Source: Octopus sinensis
Taxonomy: Eukaryota
Direction of reading: 5' to 3'
Assembly (NCBI RefSeq): GCF_006345805.1
Contig: NW_021829284.1
Location: 1-6,553, forward strand
Length of the DNA: 6,553 nucleotides
Shown here piece by piece: positions 1-6,430 of this stretch (positions within the stretch are counted from its first letter, which is position 1; every line of letters starts with the position of its first letter). The notes under the pieces are model-generated. The model searched no databases, had not been told where the DNA came from, and saw only the letters and a program-made list of their open reading frames with translations. The position numbers were made by a program, and so were the translations under genes.

Positions 1-120
1 ATTGCATGCAACAAAATCTGTCAGGAACGGGATTTTTGTCCTGTTACTGAGTGTTTGCAGCCCTCTGATGTTCAGTAGAAGCATCGAGGTGAGGTGTACG
101 TTGTTGCCGGCGGTGTCCAT
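1..120 (-). CDS. N-terminus of ORF2 endonuclease, copy B (partial, runs off the window)
   Basis: ATG at 120 reads MDTAGNNVHLTSMLLLNIRGLQTLSNRTKIPFLTDFVACN, open to position 1. Confidence 0.85.
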   Translation of the reverse strand, partial: MDTAGNNVHLTSMLLLNIRGLQTLSNRTKIPFLTDFVACN

Positions 121-802
121 CCTGGGTCTGTTTGCTGTGGTGGTCTTGTATATAGTGGGTAGTCCCACCTGCGGGCTTGGGTTTGATGAAGCCAGGTCAG
201 CTGCTGTACAATCTTTTGTGCCATGCACAAAAAAGATTGTTGCTCAGCAGCTGCCCTTTCGACAACATCATGTTGGCGGTTTGTGGCACGCATGGTGCGT
301 GGTCCATCCTTTTTCCTTGTGTTGATGGTTTGTCCATCTGCCTCGTGTCTCTGTGGCAGGGTCCCCGATGTGCAAAGCGGCAGCCTGCACCTTGCTTTCC
401 ATGCCAGCAGGAACCTCTCAGGTAGAACCTACACACCCGTGTGCGCTGTTTGTTTCCATCTTTTGCGGTTCCACTTCTATTCCTGGTTGTTTCACCCTTT
501 GGTCCTGCTTGAGCTTTTCCTTTAGCTCTTCCAGTCCTTCTTTTAGTTCTTCCTCCTCCCTCTACATCTTCACCGGGTTCTCCGTCTCCATGGCCCTTGC
601 TGCCGGTTGGAGAACTTGCACCTGGGATCACTTTCCGGGCAGGTTTCTCACTCAAAACCTCCTCCCGGGAATCCACCAGGTGGGGGTGACTTCTTTCATC
701 GTCTCCATTCTTGCCATCTTTGCCCCGCTCGTTCTCAAAGATGGCATCAAGTGCGCCAATGTGCGACCGGTAACGGTTAAAAACATGGATGACACAGGCG
801 CC
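72..802 (-). pseudogene. ORF1 of copy B, frameshifted by a 31-bp deletion between 292 and 293
   Basis: Track ORFs 197..676 and 72..293 are the two halves of the copy A ORF1. The finger reads CRFYLRGSCWHGKQGAGCRFAH. There is no in-frame ATG between the TAG at 803-805 and the zinc finger. Confidence 0.8.
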
Positions 803-866
803 CTATGGCTTTAACACAAAAAGAGAGACACAAAAACAATATCAGCAAGCGTGGAAAAATAATTAC
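803..866 (-). other. Candidate 64-nt GT-AG intron upstream of ORF1 (also at 6447-6510 in copy A)
   Basis: Donor AAG|GTAATT, branch-like GCTGAT, pyrimidine tract TTGTTTTTGTGTCTCTCTTTTTGTGT, acceptor CCATAG|G. Removal joins ATG(887)-MCLITEK in phase 0 to the ORF1 frame. No transcript evidence. Confidence 0.45.
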
Positions 867-999
867 CTTTTCGGTGATAAGACACATGTTGAACAAGTGG
901 CCGATGGAAAGAGAATGGCTGAGGCAGCAAGTCGCAAGAGGGTAAGAGAGAGGAGGTGCTAAGAGAGAGAGGGGACCAAGGAGGGTAGAAGGCGAGGAC

Positions 1000-1085
1000 A
1001 GAAGCAGTGACCGAGAGAGAGAGGGAGAGAAGGAATCAGAGAAGAAGCAGTGATCAAGAGAGAGAGGGAGAGAAGGAATCAGAGA
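1000..1085. repeat. 43-bp tandem duplication within a purine-rich (GA) tract spanning about 910-1090
   Basis: agaagcagtgaccgagagagagagggagagaaggaatcagaga (1000-1042) versus agaagcagtgatcaagagagagagggagagaaggaatcagaga (1043-1085): 2 mismatches. Confidence 0.9.
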
Positions 1086-1218
1086 GGCTGGGAGATAAAG
1101 GCGCCAAAACAATTTGGCAACGAAGCAATGGCGAAGGAAAGAAAATAGTTTAAAGACATCGTGCAGGGGTTTTGATATGATAAACATAAAGAAGTTATTA
1201 TGCACGTACGCTGCGAAA

Positions 1219-1420
1219 TATATAATAAACCTTTACATAAATAACTAACGTGAAATACACGAAGGGACGAACAAAAAGACAAACGGGTCATTCAAAGCCT
1301 TCATCCTCAGTCAGAAACTGATCCCTCATCGCAGATTTCGGCTGTTTAATTCTGAGATCCGCTCCGAATCAGCCAGCCACAGAAGGAAAGAATGCAACGC
1401 AACAGAGACGAACATGAAAC
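1219..1420. repeat. ~200-bp direct repeat block B'
   Basis: Matches 2401-2603 with about 5 substitutions and one 1-bp indel. Confidence 0.95.
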
Positions 1421-2400
1421 ACACACACACATATATATACATACACACACACACATATATATACATACACACATACATATATATATATATGTATATAATA
1501 AACCTTTACATAAATAAATAATAACATATATATATATATATATACATACACACACACATATATATACATACACACATACATATATATATATATGTATATA
1601 ATAAACCTTTAGATAAATAAATAATAACATATATATATATATATATACACACACACATATATATATATATGTATATAATAAACCTTTGGATAAATAAATA
1701 ATAACATATATATATATATATACATACACACACACATATATATACATGCACACACAAACATATATACATACACACACACACACATATATACATACACACA
1801 TACATATATATATATATGTATATAATAACTTTTAGATAATTAAATAATAACACATATATATATATATATACACATACACACACACATATATATACATACA
1901 CACATATATATATATATGTATATAATAAACCTTTAGATAAATAAATAATAACATATATATATATATATACACACACACACATATATATATATATGTATAT
2001 AATAAGCCTTTAGATAAATAAATAATAACATATATATATATATATACATACACACACGCATATATACACATACACACACACATATATATACATGCACACA
2101 CACACATATATATACATACACACACACACACATATATACATACACACACACACAAACACACATATATATACTTACACACACACACACACATATATATACA
2201 TACACACACAAACACACATATATATACATACACACATATATATATATACATACACACACACATACATATATACATACACACACATATATACATACACACA
2301 CACATATATATATATCATACACACATATATATATATACATACATACATACATACATATATACATACATACACATATATATATATATATAATATATATATA
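1420..2400. repeat. Compound (TA)n/(CA)n microsatellite punctuated by six copies of a 34-35-bp core GTATATAATAAACCTTTAGATAAATAAATAATAAC
   Basis: Cores start at 1491, 1594, 1671, 1818, 1918 and 1995; 2030-2400 is near-pure TA/CA. Confidence 0.95.
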
Positions 2401-2603
2401 TATATAATAAACATTTACATAAATAAATAACGTGAAATACACGAAGGGACGAACAAAAAGACAAACGGGTCATTCAAAGCCTTCATTCTTCAGTCAGAAA
2501 CTGATCCCTCATCGCAGATTTCGGCCGTTCAATTCTGAGATCCGCTCCGAATCAGCCAGCCACAGAAGGAAAGAATGCAACGCAACAGAGACGAACATGA
2601 AAC
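2401..2603. repeat. ~200-bp direct repeat block B
   Basis: Matches 1219-1420 (about 97%); ends 22 bp from the (AATC)6 tail of copy A. Confidence 0.95.
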
Positions 2604-2625
2604 GAAAAATCTTTTTTGGAGACAT

Positions 2626-2649
2626 GATTGATTGATTGATTGATTGATT
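2626..2649 (-). repeat. (AATC)6 3' terminal tandem-repeat tail of copy A
   Basis: (GATT)6 on the plus strand, 68 nt after the ORF2 stop. Short tandem-repeat tails are characteristic of CR1/L2-group elements. Confidence 0.9.
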
Positions 2650-2656
2650 CTAGTTT

Positions 2657-2692
2657 CAGCTTATGAGCTGTGGCCATGCTGGGGCACCGCCA
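2657..2692 (-). promoter_or_regulatory. 3' UTR twin stem-loop, putative RT-recognition signal
   Basis: Sense RNA UGGC-G-GUGC-[CCCA]-GCAU-G-GCCA (2692-2671) is directly followed by CAGCU-[CAUA]-AGCUG (2670-2657), 7 nt before the tail. Function is inferred from CR1/L2-clade 3' stem-loops. Confidence 0.65.
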
Positions 2693-2717
2693 TTTGGTGT
2701 TGCTACTTGGTTTTACT

Positions 2718-4385
2718 TCACGAAAGCTTTTTAGCAACTGCCATTTGGTGCATGAGAGAGTTCGATGCAGCTGCCCTCATCTGCACCTCCTGCCGTGAAG
2801 TTGGTTCATCTGGGACACCTGACAGGAAGAGATCCAGTTTCATTTTAAAGACATCTGCATCCACCCCATGCAGGTCTCTCAGGTTCTTCGGGAGGATATT
2901 GAAGAGCTGTGGGCCTCGGAAGCCCAGGCTATCACAGAATCTTGTCCTACATCTTGATGGCGAGTTTGGAGTCCTAGGCACCACGCAGTGGCGCCCAGTT
3001 CTGGCATTTGCGTAACTCTCGATGCCAAAGTTTAGGACACGTCCCTCCAGGATCTTCCAGATGTATATTATGGCATATCTTTCCCGCCTACGCTCCAGGG
3101 AATACAGTTTTAATCTCTTCAGTCTTTCCCAGTAGCTTACATTCTGCATAGAGGCTATCTTCTTCGTGTAGCTACGTTGGATCGCCTCGAGCTCTGTGAT
3201 CAACTTGACACTGGATGGTGACCATAACTGAGAGCAGTAGTCAAAGTGGCTTAGGACAAGTGTCCTCCAGAGGACCATCATGGTTTCTTGTTCTCTTGTT
3301 CTAAAGGTTCTGAGGATCCATCCGGCCAGTCTTCTACATTTCATTGCCAATTTAGCAACATGTACACGAAAGGTCGCGTCATCACTCATGTAAATACCTA
3401 GGTCACGCACTGATTGTGCCTCTGGGATTGCTATTCCTCCGGGTCCGGTGTATTCATTGGGTATTGCATTTAGTTTTGCATGCTGATAGTATAGAGCTTG
3501 AAACTTTTCAGCATTGAACTGCATGCTATTCTTTTCAGCCCACTTGTATATTTTGTCCAGCTCACATTGCAGGTGCTTAGTGTCCTCAGGGTTCTGTATT
3601 GCCTGTGAAACTTTTGTATCATCTGCATAACTTGTGATCGTGGCTCTCTGCGTGGCTGAGGGCATGTCTGAGAGGGCCATTATGAACAGTAGTGGTCCCA
3701 GAACAGTGCCCTGCGGGACACCGCTCACTATTTGCGTGTTAATGGAAGTGGCCCCATTGGCTACTACCACCTGACTTCTATCTTTCAGAAAGTCATGGAG
3801 CCATTCTCCCAGTTTTCCAACTATGTTGAGATCACGCAGCTTGTGACATATCATTCCATGATCGACTTTATCAAAGGCCTTTGCAAAGTCGAGATATATC
3901 ACTTCCACATTTGAGTGGTTGAGCAGCCGTTTCAGCACCCAGTCATAGTGTTGTAGGAGCTGAGTTAAACAGCTTCTCCCTGGTCGGAAACCATGTTGGG
4001 TGTCGGGCAGTAAGTCATTCTCTTCAAGGAAGGTGATCAGCTTCCTTCTGACTATTCGTTCCATGACCTTGCTGATGTGTGAGGTCAGAGAGATAGGTCT
4101 GTAGTTCTTGGCTTCCGCTCTGCTACCTCCTTTATGAATGGGGCATATTTTACCTTCCTTCAGTTTTCTTGGAAGTTTGCCAGCTGCAAGGAAGCTCTGA
4201 AAGAGGAACTGCAGTGGTCTTGCTAGGACTCTCTTACATGTTTTTAGGAGGATTGCCGGGAATCCATCGGGGCCAGTAGCTGAGTCTGTTTTCATTTCAT
4301 CTATAGCCTTGATTACATCGTCTTCCTTTATATCGATGTAATCTATCGTCGCCGCCTCTGATTTTATATCTGCAGTGGTAAAAAA
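2718..4385 (-). CDS. Reverse transcriptase and C-terminal domain of ORF2 (uninterrupted segment)
   Basis: GPDGFP, PIHKGG..NYRPISLTSHISKVMERI, QHGFRPGRSC, YLDFAKAFDKV (about 3870-3890), GVPQGTVLGPLLF, YADD (3618-3629), VRDLGI. Confidence 0.97.
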   Translation of the reverse strand, partial: FFTTADIKSEAATIDYIDIKEDDVIKAIDEMKTDSATGPDGFPAILLKTCKRVLARPLQFLFQSFLAAGKLPRKLKEGKICPIHKGGSRAEAKNYRPISLTSHISKVMERIVRRKLITFLEENDLLPDTQHGFRPGRSCLTQLLQHYDWVLKRLLNHSNVEVIYLDFAKAFDKVDHGMICHKLRDLNIVGKLGEWLHDFLKDRSQVVVANGATSINTQIVSGVPQGTVLGPLLFIMALSDMPSATQRATITSYADDTKVSQAIQNPEDTKHLQCELDKIYKWAEKNSMQFNAEKFQALYYQHAKLNAIPNEYTGPGGIAIPEAQSVRDLGIYMSDDATFRVHVAKLAMKCRRLAGWILRTFRTREQETMMVLWRTLVLSHFDYCSQLWSPSSVKLITELEAIQRSYTKKIASMQNVSYWERLKRLKLYSLERRRERYAIIYIWKILEGRVLNFGIESYANARTGRHCVVPRTPNSPSRCRTRFCDSLGFRGPQLFNILPKNLRDLHGVDADVFKMKLDLFLSGVPDEPTSRQEVQMRAAASNSLMHQMAVAKKLS

Positions 4386-5009
4386 AGTCAGTTGGATTGG
4401 TGATTTGGAGATGCCCAAGGGGTGGAGTGAAAACACTCTTGAATTGCTCATTCAGTATTTCACTTACCCTCATTGGTTTTCCTGTAAGTGTGCCATCCTT
4501 TTCGAGGAGTGGCCCTATTCTACAGTGCACCGTAGCTGTTTCTTTGGCATACCTGTAGAAAGATCTGGGGTTAGATTTTATGTTGTCTATAGCCCAGGCT
4601 TCTTTGTCTGCTCTTTCTTTTTCATGAGAGAGTTGCAGACATTTTTCGATTTCCAACAGTTTTATTTTTAGGCGGGACTTTTCACTGCTTTCAATCTGTT
4701 TGCTTAGGCGATTTGAAAATTTTGTACGCCGTCTCATTAAAATTTTCCTCTCTCTGGGGATTTTGTTCTTGTGTACAGTGGCCTTTCTCTCTGGGACACA
4801 TTTGTAGCATATGGCTTGCATTACAGACATGAATTGTTGAAGTTTCACGTCGATGTCTGGCGAGGAGAGACATTTAGGCCAGTTTTGTTTGAGGATCTCT
4901 TTCTCAATGTTTCCAGTTTGCCTTATGGTAGTTCAAGCTGGAAAGATTATGAGGGTTTCTTGTAGGCTGCATGTCCGTGCTCTCTTTTGGCCCGTACTCT
5001 TTTGGTCAG

Positions 5010-5717
5010 CTCTATCATGTTGTGATCCGAGAGTAGTGTCGGTGTCACTTTTACATTATGGATGAGATCCATGTCATTTGTGAAGCAGAGATCCAGTGTG
5101 TTACCTGCCCTGGTTGGTTGGAGTATTACCTGCTCCATGTACAGGGTGTTGATGAGGTTCAGGAGGGACCTCGCCTGTCCTCGTTCACATCTTGTCATTC
5201 CTGGGAGAGAAAGGCCCTCGGGCCATCTGACACTGGGCAGATTGAAGTCTCCCATAAGAAGTACACTTATGTGTTGTTCTAATGTGGTTAGAACTTCTTC
5301 TATTTTTATAAGGCAGTCTTCAAACTTGCCCACATGGCTTGGGGCATCTGGAGGGCGATATGTAGCACACACAACTACATCAAGTTGCCTAATATGTACA
5401 ATTAGTGTGTCACACACCGAGTTTGAGTATGACAAGAGGACCTGGGGTGTGAGGTCCTCACGGATGTACATAGCAACACCTCCATGACTCCTTTCTTTTC
5501 TGTCGGTCCGTAGTACAGCATACTGTGGTATGTGTAACTCCGCATCTGCTATGTCCGGTTTCAGGTGCGTTTCCGTAAGTGCTATGCATAAGGCTTGATT
5601 GCATGCAACAAAGTCTCTCAGGAACGGGATTTTTGTCCTGTTACTGAGTGTTTGCAGCCCTCTGATGTTCAGTCGGAGCATCGAGGTGAGGTGTACGTTG
5701 TTGCCGGCGGTGTCCAT
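5010..5717 (-). CDS. APE-like (Exo_endo_phos) endonuclease domain of ORF2
   Basis: Motifs in the expected order: LNIRGL, IALTETHL, GGVAMYI, YRPP, LMGDFNLP (about 5241-5253), TRAGNTLDLCF, LSDHNMI (SDH at 5022-5030). Confidence 0.93.
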
Positions 5718-6430
5718 CCTGGGTCTGTTTGCTGTGGTGGTCTTGTATATAGTGGGTAGTCCCACCTGCGGGCTTGGGTTTGATGAAGCCAGGTCAGCTG
5801 CTGTACAATCTTTTGTGCCATGCACAAAAAAGATTGTTGCTCAGCAGCTGCCCTTTCGACAACATCATGTTGGCGGTTTGTGGCATGCACAACATCTGCG
5901 TACCTCCGCTTTGGGGCAGGTGGTGCGTGGTCCATCCTTTTTCCTTGTGTTGATTGTTTGTCCATCTGCCTCGTGTCTCTGTGGCAGGGTCCCCGATGTG
6001 CAAAGCGGCAGCCTGCACCTTGCTTTCCATGCCAGCAGAAAACTCTCAGGTAGAACCAACACACCCGTGTGCGCTGTTTGTTTCCATCTTTTGCGGTTCC
6101 ACTTCTATTCCTGGTTGTTTCACCCTTTGGTCCTGCTTGAGCTTTTCCTTTAGCTCTTCCAGTCCTTCTTTTAGTTCTTCCTCCTCCCTCTACCTCTTCA
6201 CCGGGTTCTCTGTCTCCATGGCCCTTGCTGCCGGTTTGAGAACTTGCACCTGGGATCAGTTCCCGGGCAGGTTTCTCACTCAAAACCTCCTCCCGGGAAT
6301 CCACCAGGTGGGGGTGACTTCTTTCATCGTCTCCATTCTTGCCATCTTTGCCCCGCTCGTTCTCAAAGATGGCATCAAGTGCGCCAATGTGCGACCGGTA
6401 ACGGTTAAAAACAGTAACGGTTAAAAACAT
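5669..6430 (-). CDS. ORF1 protein of copy A (253 aa from the ATG at 6430): charged/Gly-rich N-half, CCCH zinc finger, PKRR-YADVV motif, Q-rich C-terminus
   Basis: Open frame immediately upstream of and overlapping ORF2. Contains CWFYLRVFCWHGKQGAGCRFAH (C-x7-C-x8-C-x3-H). The ORF-track start at 6439 is GTG; the first ATG is at 6430 and is in frame only because of a 16-bp duplication, so the true start is uncertain. Confidence 0.75.
   Translation of the reverse strand: MFLTVTVFNRYRSHIGALDAIFENERGKDGKNGDDERSHPHLVDSREEVLSEKPARELIPGASSQTGSKGHGDREPGEEVEGGGRTKRRTGRAKGKAQAGPKGETTRNRSGTAKDGNKQRTRVCWFYLRVFCWHGKQGAGCRFAHRGPCHRDTRQMDKQSTQGKRMDHAPPAPKRRYADVVHATNRQHDVVERAAAEQQSFLCMAQKIVQQLTWLHQTQARRWDYPLYTRPPQQTDPGWTPPATTYTSPRCSD
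5795..5850. other. Imperfect inverted repeat/hairpin (9+6+8 bp stem, 3-nt loop) in the 3' part of ORF1; identical copy at 198-253
   Basis: cagctgctg (5795-5803) pairs with cagcagctg (5842-5850); acaatc (5805-5810) with gattgt (5832-5837); ttttgtgc (5811-5818) with gcacaaaa (5822-5829); loop 5819-5821. Confidence 0.75.
6398..6429. repeat. 16-bp perfect tandem duplication (gtaacggttaaaaaca x2) at the start of copy A ORF1
   Basis: Single unit in copy B (770-785), two units in copy A. Confidence 0.95.

Larger units (their letters stand above)
1..1420 (-). mobile_element. Second copy (copy B) of the same LINE: putative 5' region, ORF1 and first 40 codons of ORF2; continues beyond window position 1
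   Basis: 1-909 aligns to 5598-6553 with 15 substitutions (about 98.3% identity), a 31-bp deletion (after 292) and absence of a 16-bp duplication. The 5' boundary is uncertain (anywhere from about 910 to 2625); 1420 is a guess at the end of repeat block B'. Confidence 0.8.
2718..5717 (-). pseudogene. ORF2 (APE endonuclease + reverse transcriptase) of copy A; about 998 aa when repaired; three net +1 frameshifts near 5000-5003, 4907-4915 and 4380-4386
   Basis: Hand translation gives contiguous protein across four frame segments: EN ..SDHNMIELT / KEYGPKESTDMQPTRNPHNLSSLNYHKANW / IEKEILKQNWPKCLSSPDIDVKLQQF..NPTDFF / TTADIKSEAATIDYIDIKEDDVIKAI..RT. The EN and RT track ORFs share a frame (5825-4451=1374, divisible by 3), consistent with three +1 shifts. 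ATG at 5717 (MDTAGNN), TGA at 2718-2720. Confidence 0.9.

Noticed and set aside
1491-2029. Repeat-spacer pattern resembling a CRISPR array (35-bp repeats)
   Set aside because: The spacers are TA/CA microsatellite of variable length rather than unique sequence, there are no cas genes, and the context is eukaryotic.
1346-2442. Many ORFs rich in Y/I/C/V/M or H/T/Y/I
   Set aside because: These are translations of dinucleotide repeats that lack stop codons; there is no coding evidence.
2471-2504. Initiator-like TCAGTT on the minus strand of block B
   Set aside because: A short motif expected by chance, with no DPE match at +28 to +32; insufficient to call a promoter.
2525-2535. Pol III B-box-like GTTCAATTC in block B (tRNA-derived SINE?)
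   Set aside because: No A-box at a suitable distance on the same strand, no cloverleaf, and the motif is mutated in B'.
2626-2649. Telomeric repeat
   Set aside because: GATT/AATC is not a known metazoan telomere unit (TTAGGG, TTAGG); its position fits a LINE tail.
2432-3015. Short ORFs 2432..2635, 2552..2737 and 2644..3015
   Set aside because: They cross repeat and tail junctions or lie antisense to RT, with no protein-like motifs.
4380-4386. Programmed ribosomal frameshift at the T7 run before RT
   Set aside because: It would need a +1 shift and two further shifts upstream; LINE EN-RT is normally one ORF, so mutation or sequencing error is simpler.
2718-4451. Group II intron, retron or DGR reverse transcriptase
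   Set aside because: The upstream APE endonuclease, CR1-type C-terminus and tandem-repeat tail identify a non-LTR retrotransposon.
5599-6424. Plus-strand ORFs 5599..6153 and 5954..6424 (and 2..325, 223..525, 353..814)
   Set aside because: Antisense shadows of ORF1 with no recognisable motifs; they are conserved only because the DNA is duplicated.
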